A program made the position numbers and the translations under genes. A stretch of 64,000 nt of DNA from Smithellaceae bacterium. GTDB lineage: Bacteria > Desulfobacterota > Syntrophia > Syntrophales > Smithellaceae. The stretch is from contig CAXXVL010000002.1 of the NCBI GenBank assembly GCA_963667845.2, positions 2,784,001 through 2,848,000 of the forward strand, written 5' to 3'. Position 1 is the first letter of the stretch. Each line of letters starts with the position of its first letter. The notes under the pieces were generated by a model. The model saw only the letters and a program-made list of their open reading frames with translations. It was not told where the DNA came from and made no database searches. Below are positions 49,304-60,551 of this stretch, piece after piece.

Positions 49304-50026
49304 ATGAGTCATTTAGCGGCAAAGGGATTAATCAAAATTTATAATAAGCGGAAAGTGGTCAACCGGATTGATCTCGAAATATCACCGGGGGAAGTCGTGG
49401 GACTTCTGGGACCCAATGGCGCCGGAAAGACGACAACATTTTACATGATTGTCGGGCTGATCAAACCGGACGGCGGCGAGATATTTCTGGACGGCGAGGA
49501 TATCAGCAAATATCCTATGTATAAGCGGGCCCGGAAGGGACTGAATTATCTGCCTCAGGAACCATCTATCTTCCGCAAACTGACCGTCGAAGAAAATATA
49601 TTGGCTATTCTGGAAACACTTGATATAAACGAAGACGAGAGGCGGGAGCGGCTGAAGGAACTTCTGGGCGAATTGGATCTCACCGCCTTGGCCAAGAATC
49701 ACGCCTACTCTTTGTCCGGGGGTGAAAGGCGGAGAGTGGAAATAACCCGGGCGCTGGTTACATCTCCGAAATATATTCTCCTCGATGAACCGTTTGCCGG
49801 CATTGATCCCCTGGCCGTGGCCGACATCCAGAAGATTATCGAAAAGTTGAAAAATAAAGGCATTGGAATTATTATTTCCGATCATAACGTTCGGGAGACG
49901 CTTTGCTGTTGCGACCGAGCCTATATTGTCAATGAGGGGGCGATTCTTGTTCATGGGGAACCCGAAATCATCGCCCAGAGTGAACTGGCCAGAAAAATCT
50001 ATTTTGGTGAAGATTTTTGTTTATAA
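49304..50026 (+). CDS. lptB: LPS export ABC ATPase LptB
   Basis: GPNGAGKTT, YLPQEPSIF, LSGGERRR, DEPFAGIDP and DHNVRE. Confidence 0.97.
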   Translation: MSHLAAKGLIKIYNKRKVVNRIDLEISPGEVVGLLGPNGAGKTTTFYMIVGLIKPDGGEIFLDGEDISKYPMYKRARKGLNYLPQEPSIFRKLTVEENILAILETLDINEDERRERLKELLGELDLTALAKNHAYSLSGGERRRVEITRALVTSPKYILLDEPFAGIDPLAVADIQKIIEKLKNKGIGIIISDHNVRETLCCCDRAYIVNEGAILVHGEPEIIAQSELARKIYFGEDFCL

Positions 50027-50052
50027 GCAGCATGGATGTGTGAAGCGCGATT

Positions 50053-51525
50053 ATGGCTTTTGAATTAAAACAAAACCTGAAGTTATCCCAGCAGCTCATT
50101 ATGACCCCGCAACTGCAGCAGGCGATCAAGCTGCTGATCTTATCGCGCCAGGAACTTGTAGATACAATCAACCAGGAAATGGAAGAAAATCCGCTGCTGG
50201 AAGAAGTGGCGCCGGACGAGGCCAGCCCCGAGGAGGTGCGCTCTGAGGTTGAAGATGACGTCCATTCCATCGAAAAGGAAGAAAGTAAGGTCCCGGAACA
50301 TACTGCGGAGCTGACCGGCGAGGGAGACGGGCGTGAAGAATTCGACTGGAATAATTATCTGGAAGACTACGGGCCGGTCGGCGTTTCTTACGACCGGGCC
50401 GACGGCGATGCCCCCACACTGGACAATGTTTTAACGGAAAGCCCGTCGCTTACCGAGCATCTGATGTGGCAAATGAAGTTATCGCCTTTTACGGAAGATG
50501 AGATGCGCATCGGCTCCCAGATTGTCGGCAACCTGGATCCCAACGGCTATCTGTGCGCGACCCTTGAGGAAATCGCCAAACTTGAGAACGTCAGTGAAGA
50601 TCAGGTGGAGTTGATCCTGAAAAGAGTTCAGGAATTCGATCCCGCCGGGGTAGCGGCACGAAATCTCCAGGAATGCCTGCTTATTCAAGCCCGAATGTTG
50701 GTAAAAGAAAATCCGCTGCTGGAAACCATTATCCGGGATCATCTCAAAGATCTGGAATTGAAGAATTATGTTCATATTGCCCGAAAGCTGAAGGTTCCGC
50801 TTCGGGAAGTTGAAATTGCCGTTTTGCTGATCAGCAAAATGGACCCGAAGCCGGGGGCCATCTACTCAGAAGAAAAAATCCAAGCGATCGTCCCGGACGT
50901 CTATGTTGTGAAATCCGGAGACGACTACAAAATTATCCTCAATGACGATGGATTGCCGCGCCTGCGAATCAGTAATTTCTACCGCGAAATTATGGCCGGC
51001 GTCGGCGGCCGGGACCACGCGGAAGAAGAAAACGGTAAGAAATACATCCGGGACAAAGTTCAATCGGCTACCTGGCTGATTAAGAGTATTCAGCAGAGGC
51101 AGAAAACGATCTATAAAGTCGCCGAAAGCATCCTCAAGCATCAGAGAGATTTCTTTGATTACGGAATAGACCACCTGAAACCGCTTGTCTTGAGGAATAT
51201 TGCGGATGACGTGGAGATGCATGAATCAACGATCAGCCGTGTGGTGACGAACAAATATATGCATTCCCATCGCGGCATCTTTGAAATGAAGTATTTTTTC
51301 GGCAGTTCCATTCATAGAACATCCGGAGAAAATATTGCCTCCAAGAGTGTCAAAGAAGAAATAAAACAATTGGTTGGCAAAGAAGATCCGAAAAAACCAT
51401 ACAGCGATTGTGAAATCGTTGATCTGCTCAAAGCCAAGGGAATAGATATCGCGAGGCGAACGGTTGCTAAGTACAGGGAAATGATCGGAATATTGCCGTC
51501 ATCCAAAAGGAAGAAATATTTTTAA
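50053..51525 (+). CDS. rpoN: RNA polymerase sigma-54 factor
   Basis: MTPQLQQAIKLL, HESTISR and RpoN box ARRTVAKYR. Confidence 0.98.
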   Translation: MAFELKQNLKLSQQLIMTPQLQQAIKLLILSRQELVDTINQEMEENPLLEEVAPDEASPEEVRSEVEDDVHSIEKEESKVPEHTAELTGEGDGREEFDWNNYLEDYGPVGVSYDRADGDAPTLDNVLTESPSLTEHLMWQMKLSPFTEDEMRIGSQIVGNLDPNGYLCATLEEIAKLENVSEDQVELILKRVQEFDPAGVAARNLQECLLIQARMLVKENPLLETIIRDHLKDLELKNYVHIARKLKVPLREVEIAVLLISKMDPKPGAIYSEEKIQAIVPDVYVVKSGDDYKIILNDDGLPRLRISNFYREIMAGVGGRDHAEEENGKKYIRDKVQSATWLIKSIQQRQKTIYKVAESILKHQRDFFDYGIDHLKPLVLRNIADDVEMHESTISRVVTNKYMHSHRGIFEMKYFFGSSIHRTSGENIASKSVKEEIKQLVGKEDPKKPYSDCEIVDLLKAKGIDIARRTVAKYREMIGILPSSKRKKYF

Positions 51526-51671
51526 AGTCCGCACTTTAAAATAGCCGATGAAATAAATATATTAGTCGAAATAGCGTTTGACTTTTGGATTGGCCGCCAC
51601 TATACGACTAACCTTTGTGACTGGTGGCGGCTGGGTGTATTGGCTGCCTAATTTAACGAGGAGGAAGAATA

Positions 51672-52205
51672 ATGAACATTTCGGTAACTTTCAGAACAAG
51701 TGAAGGTGAAACCTGGCAAAAAAGCTACGTCGAGGAAAGAATCGCTAGATTGAAAAGATATCTGGATGTGCCTGCCGAAGCCCATATTATCCTTTCCACG
51801 GAAAAGTTTCGCAATGTTGCGGAAATTAATCTAAGTGCCAACGGCTGGAATATGAATGCCAAGGAAGAAGCCAAGGACATGCACCTGGCCGTGGACAATT
51901 GCATCGATAAGATTGAGAAACAACTCAAGAAACAGCGAGAAAAGAATAGAGAGCACAAGCCGAGAAGTATTCGCCATGCGGCGGCCAAGCCTGCCGAAGG
52001 CGTGGAAGAAGACGAAGATGCAACTGCAAAAGTAGTGGAGACCCGGAAGATTGTCTTAAAACCCATGTCACTCGAGGAGGCTGTGCTGGAGCTGGAAGGC
52101 AACACAGCCCGTTTTCTGATTTATCGTGACACCGCTTCGGAAAAAGTAAGCCTGATCTATCGTCTGGAAGACGGCAACTTCGCCCATATCGAGACGAACA
52201 GCTAA
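51672..52205 (+). CDS. hpf: Ribosome hibernation promoting factor (long HPF)
   Basis: Follows rpoN; D...AVD...DKIEKQLKK..EK; C-terminal KPMSLEEA domain. Confidence 0.9.
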   Translation: MNISVTFRTSEGETWQKSYVEERIARLKRYLDVPAEAHIILSTEKFRNVAEINLSANGWNMNAKEEAKDMHLAVDNCIDKIEKQLKKQREKNREHKPRSIRHAAAKPAEGVEEDEDATAKVVETRKIVLKPMSLEEAVLELEGNTARFLIYRDTASEKVSLIYRLEDGNFAHIETNS

Positions 52206-52310
52206 GCGGCTTTTTTACCTTCATCAGAGGAACACGAAAACCAGTTTCCCCTTGGATAAAGAAGGAGGAGGTAAAGACGACGTTCCGGATTTCAATTTCA
52301 GGTGTAACAC

Positions 52311-52778
52311 ATGCGGCTGCATCAAATTTTAAAGGAAGAATTTCTCAGCGATAATCTTTTGTCCGACAATAAGCAGGATGTGCTTGCGGAGTTGATTAAT
52401 GTGCTGATCGCGAGCGGTCTTCCCATGGACAAAGCCAAGGCGATCGACGTACTGCAGCAAAGAGAGAAACTGGGATCAACGGGCATCGGCGACGGCGTCG
52501 CCATTCCGCACGGCAAGGTATCCGACCTTCCGAATCTGGTTATTGCCTTTGGACGCAGCAAGAAAGGGATTCCTTTTGATGCCGTTGACGGGAAGCCGGT
52601 GCATCTGTTCTTCCTCCTGATGGCTCCGGAGAATTCGACAGGGCAACATCTGAAAGTGCTTGCGAAAATTTCGAAGCTTTTGAAAACACCCGAATTTCGC
52701 AGGAAGCTGATTGACGCGAAAACAACAAGCGATTTATACAAGGCAATCATTGTGCAAGATGAGTCTTGTCGAACATAA
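52311..52778 (+). CDS. ptsN: PTS IIA(Ntr)-like protein
   Basis: REKLGSTGIGDGVAIPHG and FDAVDGKPVHL. Confidence 0.9.
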   Translation: MRLHQILKEEFLSDNLLSDNKQDVLAELINVLIASGLPMDKAKAIDVLQQREKLGSTGIGDGVAIPHGKVSDLPNLVIAFGRSKKGIPFDAVDGKPVHLFFLLMAPENSTGQHLKVLAKISKLLKTPEFRRKLIDAKTTSDLYKAIIVQDESCRT

Positions 52779-53646
52779 AAAAAGTTCTCACAATGAGCAG
52801 ATGACGCTTCGTGATCTTTTACAGGGTCGTTTGTCCTTCCTGGGAATCGAGGCGATCATTCGGCCGGAGGGATTGAGGAAAGTTTTGATCAGGCCTCACG
52901 TAAAATGCCGCCGGAGCATCGTCGTGTCTCATCTGGCGCAGGATGCAATAGTTATTCTTTCCCCCGGTGCACAAGAAAAATTTTTGACAAGTGATGAACC
53001 CGTGCGCCAGGCTTTTATCGGCAATCTGGCGCTCTGCAAGACAGCCTTCGTGGTTCTGGCTCAAACAATGACCTATCCGGCTTCCCTGAGAAGCAAACTC
53101 GGACATTGGCCGATTCCGGCCGCCGTTTCTACCCTGCACGAAAATCTTCTGGAAAGCCGGTTCAAAGCGATCATTTGCGAGAAAATAAGAAAGTGTGTAA
53201 CGGTTCACGGTGTTGCCATGGAGGCCGAGGGGCGAGGGCTGCTGGTCAGGGGGGCAAGCGGAATCGGCAAAACGACAACTCTATTACAGGCCACTCGCGA
53301 AGGTTATGTCTGGATAGCAGATGACCGTGTTGTGGTCAGGAGGAACCATCGCAATCAACTCGTTGTTTCCGGCCAGAAAAAAATTAGGGACTATTTTCAT
53401 ACGAAAGAAGACGGGATCATGGCTGTAAACCGGCTGGTCCACGCATCGCAAATCAAGAAAGAAACCCAGCTGGCTTTCGTCATTGATGTGGTCCGGACGG
53501 CCGCCGGCGACGGTACGTGCCGTCTTGATGAAACCGAAATTATGGAGACGCGATTACCCCTCATCCAAATGCATATTCCGCAGACTGGTTATTTCAACAA
53601 AAATCTGCTATCAAAAGCCATACAAAAAATATGCGAGGTGGATTAA
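52759..53646 (+). CDS. HPr kinase/phosphorylase-like protein, divergent
   Basis: VHGV...GLLVRGASGIGKT and IADD; lies between ptsN and rapZ; the E-x-R-G-x-G signature is missing. Confidence 0.7.
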   Translation: MSLVEHKKSSHNEQMTLRDLLQGRLSFLGIEAIIRPEGLRKVLIRPHVKCRRSIVVSHLAQDAIVILSPGAQEKFLTSDEPVRQAFIGNLALCKTAFVVLAQTMTYPASLRSKLGHWPIPAAVSTLHENLLESRFKAIICEKIRKCVTVHGVAMEAEGRGLLVRGASGIGKTTTLLQATREGYVWIADDRVVVRRNHRNQLVVSGQKKIRDYFHTKEDGIMAVNRLVHASQIKKETQLAFVIDVVRTAAGDGTCRLDETEIMETRLPLIQMHIPQTGYFNKNLLSKAIQKICEVD

Positions 53647-54513
53647 TTGAAAGATATTCAAGTGGTCATCATCTCGGGATTGTCGGGTTCCGGCAAGAGT
53701 ACGGCGCTTCGGGCACTTGAAGATATCGGCTTCTTTTGCGTGGATAATCTCCCCGTCGTTTTACTGCCGAAGTTTCTTTCCATAACACTGCAATCGACAC
53801 CGGAGATCAAGCAGGTGGCGCTGGTTATGGATTTGCGGGAAAGAAGCTTCCTGGAAAAATACCAGCGCATCTTCGAACGCCTGAAGGAAAAGGGATACAA
53901 AATTGAGATTTTGTTTCTCGAAGCCGGCGAAGAATCGCTCCTGCGCCGTTTCAGCGAAACAAGGCGCAATCATCCGCTGTCCGCAACCGGTTCGATTATG
54001 GAGGGTATTCAGCTGGAAGTGGCAAAGCTTGCATCGCTCAGGCAGATGGCTGATACAATTATTGATACGACGACGACCAATGTTCATCAACTCAAAGATG
54101 TGATTCAAAGACATTTTTTGCCGTCTTCCGGTCAAAAGCAAATGATCATCAGCGTAATGTCCTTCGGTTATCGTTATGGCTTGCCTGCGGATGCCGATTT
54201 GGTGATCGATGTGAGGTTTTTGCCCAATCCTTATTACGTCGATGCCCTGAAAAATTATAATGGTCATCATCGGGATGTGGAAGATTATGTATTGGATAAT
54301 GCGCAATGCCAGGAATTTATGAATAAAGCAATCGACGTATTGAACTTTGTTACTCCTCTTTACGAAAAAGAGGGAAAAGCCCGCCTCACCATTGCTTTCG
54401 GCTGCACCGGCGGCAAGCATCGGTCGGTCGTGATGGCAAACCGCTTCAGCTCATACTTCCAGTCCCTGGAGTATATCGTACACACATCTCATCGGGACAT
54501 CAATAAAAGCTGA
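53647..54513 (+). CDS. rapZ: RapZ/YvcJ P-loop protein
   Basis: [39 protein letters not shown] and [10 protein letters not shown]. Confidence 0.95.
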   Translation: MKDIQVVIISGLSGSGKSTALRALEDIGFFCVDNLPVVLLPKFLSITLQSTPEIKQVALVMDLRERSFLEKYQRIFERLKEKGYKIEILFLEAGEESLLRRFSETRRNHPLSATGSIMEGIQLEVAKLASLRQMADTIIDTTTTNVHQLKDVIQRHFLPSSGQKQMIISVMSFGYRYGLPADADLVIDVRFLPNPYYVDALKNYNGHHRDVEDYVLDNAQCQEFMNKAIDVLNFVTPLYEKEGKARLTIAFGCTGGKHRSVVMANRFSSYFQSLEYIVHTSHRDINKS

Positions 54514-54588
54514 AAAATAGCTCATAGTTCATGGCTCGTAGCTTGCCCCTGCAATGCGACTATGAGCTACGAGCTATGAGCTTTTTTT
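54514..54588. terminator. Bidirectional terminator built from inverted heptamer repeats
   Basis: aaaa-tagctca-tagttca-tggctcg-tagc ... c-tatgagc-tacgagc-tatgagc-ttttttt between convergent genes. Confidence 0.7.
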
Positions 54589-55916
54589 CAAAACACCATT
54601 TTCTTCATCACATTGTCTTCGATCCAATGCGGATCCCACCATTCCTGAGGATTGACAAACTGCCCGCCGGCAAGAATGCTGAAGTGCAGATGATCGCCGC
54701 CGGCGAGTCCCGTCATGCCGGAAACACCGATCTTTTCCTCTTTCTTAACCGTTTTGCCGACTGCGGTTTCAATGGAAGAAAGATGTCCATAGAGGCTGAA
54801 TAATCCCAAGCCGTGGTCAATGATAATGGCATTTCCGTATATTCCCAGTGGACCGGCAAAGACAACGATTCCGTTATTCGCTGCTTCAACCGGGGCATGG
54901 GCGGTTGAGGCGAGATCGACACCCATATGGATCGAGGTCCCGTAAGATTTACCGGCTATAAGGTAAGTGCGCTGGTCACCGAAGAGAGCCATGGGCTTGG
55001 CGTTGCGCATTCTCAGAAACGGGCCCTCCCACAGTCGTTTATTGATGGATTTGCTGCAAAGGGCCTGAATGGTTTTCGTGTTTTCTTCCCGCATGGTTAC
55101 ATTGACATACGCGAACACATCAATGGCGGACTTCCCCTGCAGTTGAGGGGTCGATGACTGAAATCCCGGCATGATATTCTGGAGAAAAGCATCGCTCAGA
55201 TTCACTTTATCGGACCGGAATTTCTTGGGCTTGATCGAATAGGGGATAGAGCTCCTGGCTTCATTGCCGGCGTCATCCCGGGCGGTGATGAATATTTTTG
55301 TTTTGGCATTTGCGGCATCCATCGCGAGCGCGAAGTAGGCGACCGATGTTGGTCTGCCGTTGATCAGGACCGTATGCCCCGGGAAGAATTTGTCATCCAC
55401 ATAAACGCCCGTCAGGGTTGTCGGCTTGGATGTTCGATAGGTGATAAAACCGGTGCCGCCCTGGTTGATATAGTTGACGGGATTGAGGACGGATATTTGC
55501 AGCGGCACGGTATCAATTTTAACCTGCGTCGCCAGTAACGTTTCATTTTTGAAAAGTGAATAGTCGGTGGCTCTTATGTTGATAATCGCCGGACCATTCT
55601 TGAGTTTCAGCGCTTCGGTATCAACGGTGAGCTGGATAACCTTTTGTCTGATGCCGCGGGACGGAAAAGACTCCTCGGCGATCACACGCGGTTTATGGTC
55701 CTGAATAATTTCTACGGTCAGACGGGACAGGCCGCTGGCTGAATCGGAAAACGTAATGCCGATCTCTTTTTTCTTGCCGATGGCGATAAGGTCCTGACTT
55801 AATTTGATGACCGGTTTTTCATGGTCCAGATAATCGGCAAAATAAAGCCAGCCGACCGTGCCGGCCAATATAATAATCAACACGATCGCCACATAAACGC
55901 CTATCCGTTTCATCAT
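54588..55916 (-). CDS. M23-family metallopeptidase
   Basis: HMGVDLA, YGNAIIIDHG, YGHLS and GDHLHF. Confidence 0.93.
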   Translation of the reverse strand: MMKRIGVYVAIVLIIILAGTVGWLYFADYLDHEKPVIKLSQDLIAIGKKKEIGITFSDSASGLSRLTVEIIQDHKPRVIAEESFPSRGIRQKVIQLTVDTEALKLKNGPAIINIRATDYSLFKNETLLATQVKIDTVPLQISVLNPVNYINQGGTGFITYRTSKPTTLTGVYVDDKFFPGHTVLINGRPTSVAYFALAMDAANAKTKIFITARDDAGNEARSSIPYSIKPKKFRSDKVNLSDAFLQNIMPGFQSSTPQLQGKSAIDVFAYVNVTMREENTKTIQALCSKSINKRLWEGPFLRMRNAKPMALFGDQRTYLIAGKSYGTSIHMGVDLASTAHAPVEAANNGIVVFAGPLGIYGNAIIIDHGLGLFSLYGHLSSIETAVGKTVKKEEKIGVSGMTGLAGGDHLHFSILAGGQFVNPQEWWDPHWIEDNVMKKMVF

Positions 55917-56087
55917 TTACTCCTCGAATTTTTAATTTGAATGAACCCGCGCCTTCATAATGATTTTTGTCGTTCATTGCAAGGAGAAATATCCTGTTGC
56001 ATCTGTGAAATCAAAAGACTTTAAACCTTGATCTTGCCTTGAAACGCTGTTATATTCTCAAAAAAATATCGAAGTGATCTAAGACCC

Positions 56088-57302
56088 ATGCTGGAAAATA
56101 AAAAGATCGTCCTGGGAATTACCGGCGGCATTGCGGCGTACAAAGCAGCGGAGCTGACCCGCGCTCTGATCAAGGCCGGGGCCCAGGTTCGCGTCATCAT
56201 GACAAAGAACGCAATGCAATTTATTACGCCCCTTACCCTGCAGACGCTTTCTCAGGGCCCGGTTTATACTGAAACGTTCGATCCGGCCGATTCATACGAC
56301 ATGGCTCATATCAGTCTAGCCGATTATGCCGATGCATTCGTCATTGCCCCCGCTACGGGAAATGTGATCGGGAAAATTGCATCCGGGATAGGCGACGATC
56401 TCCTGACGACAACGATCATGGCGCAAAACAAGCCGACGCTGATTTGTCCGGCCATGAACGACAAGATGCTTGCCAATCCGATCGTGCAGGACAATATCCG
56501 GAAGCTCCGCCAATACGGTTATACTGTGATGGAGAGCGGCGTGGGGGAACTGGCCTGTAAAACATCAGGTTCGGGACGCCTACCGGAAATTCCGGCGATT
56601 GTGGACGCAGTTGAATCTCTTTTAACCCCCAAGGATTTTTCCGGAGAAAAAGTTCTGGTCACCGCCGGGCCCACGGAAGAACCGCTGGACCCGGTGCGGT
56701 GTATCACGAATCTTTCCTCCGGGAAAATGGGTTACGCGCTCGCGGCGGCCGCACAGCAGCGCGGTGCCCGGGTGACATTGATCAGCGGGCCGACGAAAAT
56801 CGCTCCGCCCGCAGTCGAGAAGATTATCTTCGTCCGCACGGCTCTGGACATGTATCAGGCGGTGATGGATCATTATGCCGAGGCGACCGTGATCATCAAG
56901 GCCGCCGCAGTCGCCGATTATCGGCCCGCATCGTTGTCTCCGGAAAAAATCAAAAAGGATAAGGGACTGAAGGGTATTGAGCTGGTCCGCAATCCGGACA
57001 TTATCGCTGCAATCGGCGCGAAAAAGAAAAAAGGCATTTTGGTCGGTTTTGCCATGGAAACACAGGACCTGCTTGCCAATGCCCGGCAGAAACTGCAAAA
57101 GAAGAACATGGATATGATCGTAGCAAACAGTCTTCGCGAGGAAGGTGCCGGTTTCCAGACGGATACGAATATCATTACGATCATCGACCGGAGCGGAAAA
57201 ACGACGGCTCTGGGAAAAATGACCAAGCAGGCGGCCGCCCATCGGATCCTGGACCATATTAAAACGTTGAACCGAAAGAAAGGTGCTCGCAATAAGCCAT
57301 GA
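56088..57302 (+). CDS. coaBC: Phosphopantothenoylcysteine decarboxylase/ligase
   Basis: GITGGIAAYKA, APATGN, PAMN, TAGPTEEPLDPVR, SSGKMG and AAVADY. Confidence 0.97.
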   Translation: MLENKKIVLGITGGIAAYKAAELTRALIKAGAQVRVIMTKNAMQFITPLTLQTLSQGPVYTETFDPADSYDMAHISLADYADAFVIAPATGNVIGKIASGIGDDLLTTTIMAQNKPTLICPAMNDKMLANPIVQDNIRKLRQYGYTVMESGVGELACKTSGSGRLPEIPAIVDAVESLLTPKDFSGEKVLVTAGPTEEPLDPVRCITNLSSGKMGYALAAAAQQRGARVTLISGPTKIAPPAVEKIIFVRTALDMYQAVMDHYAEATVIIKAAAVADYRPASLSPEKIKKDKGLKGIELVRNPDIIAAIGAKKKKGILVGFAMETQDLLANARQKLQKKNMDMIVANSLREEGAGFQTDTNIITIIDRSGKTTALGKMTKQAAAHRILDHIKTLNRKKGARNKP

Positions 57303-58030
57303 CGGACGTGCTCAAGTCGACATCATCTGAGCAGATTAAGGAAGAATTGCTCTCGCTCGTCAAGTCCGTCAAAGGCCAACTCGCCAATGCCGATCATCTG
57401 TATGTAAATATTGATTGGAAAAACCCTGTACCGATGCAGAAAAAAAACGCCATCAGCGTCGCGACGTCAAAAAAATCGATCGATGACCTTTGCCGGGAGG
57501 TTGCAGGATGCGAGCGTTGTTCATTATCCAGGACCAGAAAAAATGTCGTTTTCGGCGCCGGAGACACGCAGGCCGGAATTGTTTTTGTCGGAGAAGCGCC
57601 CGGAGCGGACGAAGATGAACAGGGCCTGCCGTTTGTAGGCCGGGCAGGACAGCTCCTGACCAACATCATCAAAGCCATGGGCCTTGAGAGAAAAGACGTT
57701 TATATCTGCAATATCCTCAAGTGCCGTCCACCCGGGAACCGCAATCCGCTGCCAGATGAAATCCGTTTGTGTGAGCCGTATTTAAAGCAGCAGCTGCAAC
57801 TGATCTCTCCGCAGATCATCTGTGCCCTGGGGTCTTTTGCCGCGAAGACGCTGCTCAAGACCGAAACACCCATCACCGTGCTGCGCGGGCGTTTCCATCA
57901 GTACGAAGGGATCAAGCTGATGCCGACTTACCATCCGGCCTATCTGTTAAGAAACCCGTCTGCCAAAAAACAAGTGTGGGAAGATGTCCAACTGATCATG
58001 AAGGAATTGAACACTGCAAAAGGGGACTAG
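57299..58030 (+). CDS. Uracil-DNA glycosylase family 4
   Basis: CxxC, GEAPGADED, PFVGRAG, KCRPPGNR and TYHPAYLLR. Confidence 0.95.
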   Translation: MTDVLKSTSSEQIKEELLSLVKSVKGQLANADHLYVNIDWKNPVPMQKKNAISVATSKKSIDDLCREVAGCERCSLSRTRKNVVFGAGDTQAGIVFVGEAPGADEDEQGLPFVGRAGQLLTNIIKAMGLERKDVYICNILKCRPPGNRNPLPDEIRLCEPYLKQQLQLISPQIICALGSFAAKTLLKTETPITVLRGRFHQYEGIKLMPTYHPAYLLRNPSAKKQVWEDVQLIMKELNTAKGD

Positions 58031-58049
58031 GACAGGAAGAGGTGCCGTC

Positions 58050-59357
58050 ATGGTAAAAAAATTGTCTTTTCTATTGGTGCTGCTCCTTATCGCCACAGCC
58101 GGCGCTGCCTTTGCGCAGGACAAAAAACCTGTGTTTCAAGTGATAAAACTGGAGGGCGTCATCACCTCGCCGTCGGCTACATACGTGGCGGACAGTCTCG
58201 AAGAGGCGCAAAAAGCCGGTGCGGAAGGCTTAATTATTTTATTGGACACTCCCGGAGGCCTGGATACGGCCATGCGGGATATTGCCAAAAGCATTCTCAA
58301 TGCCCCGATACCGGTCATCGTTTATGTCTATCCGTCGGGCGCGCGGGCGGCTTCGGCGGGAGTCATCATCGCCGAAGCGGCACACATTGCCGCCATGGCT
58401 CCCGGCACAAACATCGGCGCCGCTCACCCCGTGGCGATCGGCATCGGGGGCACTACTGAAGTGGACAAGAACATGGCCCAAAAAATGGAAAATGACGCGG
58501 CAGCTTACGCCCGCAGTATTGCCAAAACACGCGGCCGTAACGAAGAATGGGTGGAAAAAGCAGTGCGCAAGAGCGAATCCATTACGGCCGATGAAGCTCT
58601 GAAACTGAACGTCATTGATGTCGTCGCTCCAAGCATTGAAAAATTATTGGCCGCGATTGATCAGAAAGAAGTGACCGTTGCCGGCAACAAAAGAAAAATA
58701 TCCACGGCCCACGCAGTCGTAGATTCTAAAAAAATAAGCACGCGGCAGGGGATTCTGGCGGCGATTTCCAATCCCAACATCGCTTATCTGCTCCTGCTGA
58801 TCGGTCTGGCGGGCCTCTATTTCGAATTTTCCACACCGGGTGCGATTTTGCCCGGCGTTATCGGCGGCATATCCCTGTTACTGGCATTTTTCGGTCTTTC
58901 CACTCTGCCGGTGAATTATACGGGTGTCTTACTGATCTTGTTCAGCATCATATTATTTATCGCGGAGATAAAGATTATGAGTCATGGCATGTTGACGGTC
59001 GGCGGAGTGATATCCCTGGCGCTGGGATCCTTTATGCTTTTTGATACGCCGGAACCCGCGCTGAGGCTGTCTTTGCAGGTCCTGGTGCCGGCAGTCCTCG
59101 TGGCGTCCGGCTTTTTTATCGTTGTCATCTGGCTGGCCGTTAAGGCGCAGATGAGGAAACACTATTCTGGCATGGAGTCGATGGCGGACGGCCGGGGTGA
59201 AGCCAGCACGGACATCGACGGTAAGGGGAAAATATTTTATCAGGGTGAATATTGGACGGCCGAGAGTGATCAGTTTATTCCCAAAGGTGCTAAAGTGAGA
59301 ATCAAGAAGGTTGATGGGCTGAATCTGATCGTTGAGGAAATAAAGAACGAAAAATAA
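58050..59357 (+). CDS. NfeD-family membrane serine protease
   Basis: LDTPGG, AASAG and IGAAHPV; TM block; C-terminal OB fold (GEYW.A). Confidence 0.93.
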   Translation: MVKKLSFLLVLLLIATAGAAFAQDKKPVFQVIKLEGVITSPSATYVADSLEEAQKAGAEGLIILLDTPGGLDTAMRDIAKSILNAPIPVIVYVYPSGARAASAGVIIAEAAHIAAMAPGTNIGAAHPVAIGIGGTTEVDKNMAQKMENDAAAYARSIAKTRGRNEEWVEKAVRKSESITADEALKLNVIDVVAPSIEKLLAAIDQKEVTVAGNKRKISTAHAVVDSKKISTRQGILAAISNPNIAYLLLLIGLAGLYFEFSTPGAILPGVIGGISLLLAFFGLSTLPVNYTGVLLILFSIILFIAEIKIMSHGMLTVGGVISLALGSFMLFDTPEPALRLSLQVLVPAVLVASGFFIVVIWLAVKAQMRKHYSGMESMADGRGEASTDIDGKGKIFYQGEYWTAESDQFIPKGAKVRIKKVDGLNLIVEEIKNEK

Positions 59358-59384
59358 AAATAATCGATATAAGGAGGAATCATT

Positions 59385-60146
59385 ATGTTGGGATCTTTAC
59401 CGATACCCCTGCTGGTTGTCGTCGTGTTGGTCGTCATGTTCTTGGCTTCGGCGGTTAAAGTGCTCAATGAGTATGAAAGAGCAGTCGTTTTCCGTCTGGG
59501 CCGAATCCGCGATCTCAAAGGGCCCGGTCTGATCATTATCATTCCCGGTATTGATAAAATTGTCCGGATTGACATGCGGACGATCACCATGGATGTTCCC
59601 CCTCAGGATGTGATTACCAAAGACAACGTATCGATTAAAGTCAATGCGGTCGTTTATTTCCGGGTTGTGGATGCCAATGCCGCCGTCATCAATGTCGAAA
59701 ATTACCTGTTTGCCACGTCCCAGCTCTCTCAGACAACCCTCCGGAGCGTCTGCGGTCAGATGGAATTGGACGAAATCCTGTCCGAGCGGGAAAAAATCAA
59801 TCTACAACTCCAGGAGATCCTGGATCGAAACACTGAACCCTGGGGCATCAAAGTCTCGCACGTGGAGGTCAAGCAAATTGACCTGCCTGAGGAAATGAAA
59901 CGGGCGATTGCCAAGCAGGCGGAAGCTGAAAGAGAAAGACGGGCCAAGGTCATCAACGCCGAAGGCGAATTCCAGGCCGCGCAAAAACTGATCGATGCCG
60001 CCGCCCTGATGGAGACTCAGCCTATGTCATTGCAGCTGCGCTATCTGCAGACTCTGAACCAGATTGCCGCGGAAAACAATTCTACAACGATATTTCCGAT
60101 CCCGATCGATCTGTTCAAACCATTTTTGAAATTGATGGATAAGTAA
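59385..60146 (+). CDS. Stomatin/SPFH (slipin) protein
   Basis: [30 protein letters not shown] and LQLRYLQTL. Confidence 0.95.
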   Translation: MLGSLPIPLLVVVVLVVMFLASAVKVLNEYERAVVFRLGRIRDLKGPGLIIIIPGIDKIVRIDMRTITMDVPPQDVITKDNVSIKVNAVVYFRVVDANAAVINVENYLFATSQLSQTTLRSVCGQMELDEILSEREKINLQLQEILDRNTEPWGIKVSHVEVKQIDLPEEMKRAIAKQAEAERERRAKVINAEGEFQAAQKLIDAAALMETQPMSLQLRYLQTLNQIAAENNSTTIFPIPIDLFKPFLKLMDK

Positions 60147-60209
60147 TCAAACGGCTGCGGGCGTTGCCCCGGCCGATAAATAAAGAACATTATTAAAGGA
60201 GATTATTCT

Positions 60210-60521
60210 ATGCCAAGTGAAAAGAGAAACGTTATTACCGGTGGCCTTATTTTAATTACCTTGGGTGTCTTGATTTTCATCAGCAAGACCACCAGCTACA
60301 GTTTCGGCCAGACCTGGCCGATTTTACTGATCGTGATCGGTATCAGTACGTTGATTTACAAGGTCAGGGCCATCGAAGGCTGGTTTATTGCGGCAGTGGG
60401 TGTTGTTTTTCTCATTATCGAAATTTATGGTTTTAATCTGTATCAATATTCGCAGTATATATTGCCGTTTATTTTGATCGTTCTGGGCGTATTTGTAATA
60501 TTAAAGCGCCGCAAGCACTAG
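60210..60521 (+). CDS. Small membrane protein (LiaF/DUF5668-like TM domain)
   Basis: G.ILI.LG..., WPILLI.IG; 4 TM helices. Confidence 0.7.
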   Translation: MPSEKRNVITGGLILITLGVLIFISKTTSYSFGQTWPILLIVIGISTLIYKVRAIEGWFIAAVGVVFLIIEIYGFNLYQYSQYILPFILIVLGVFVILKRRKH

Positions 60522-60551
60522 CGAAAAGCGTGCGGGTATAAAAGACAGATC

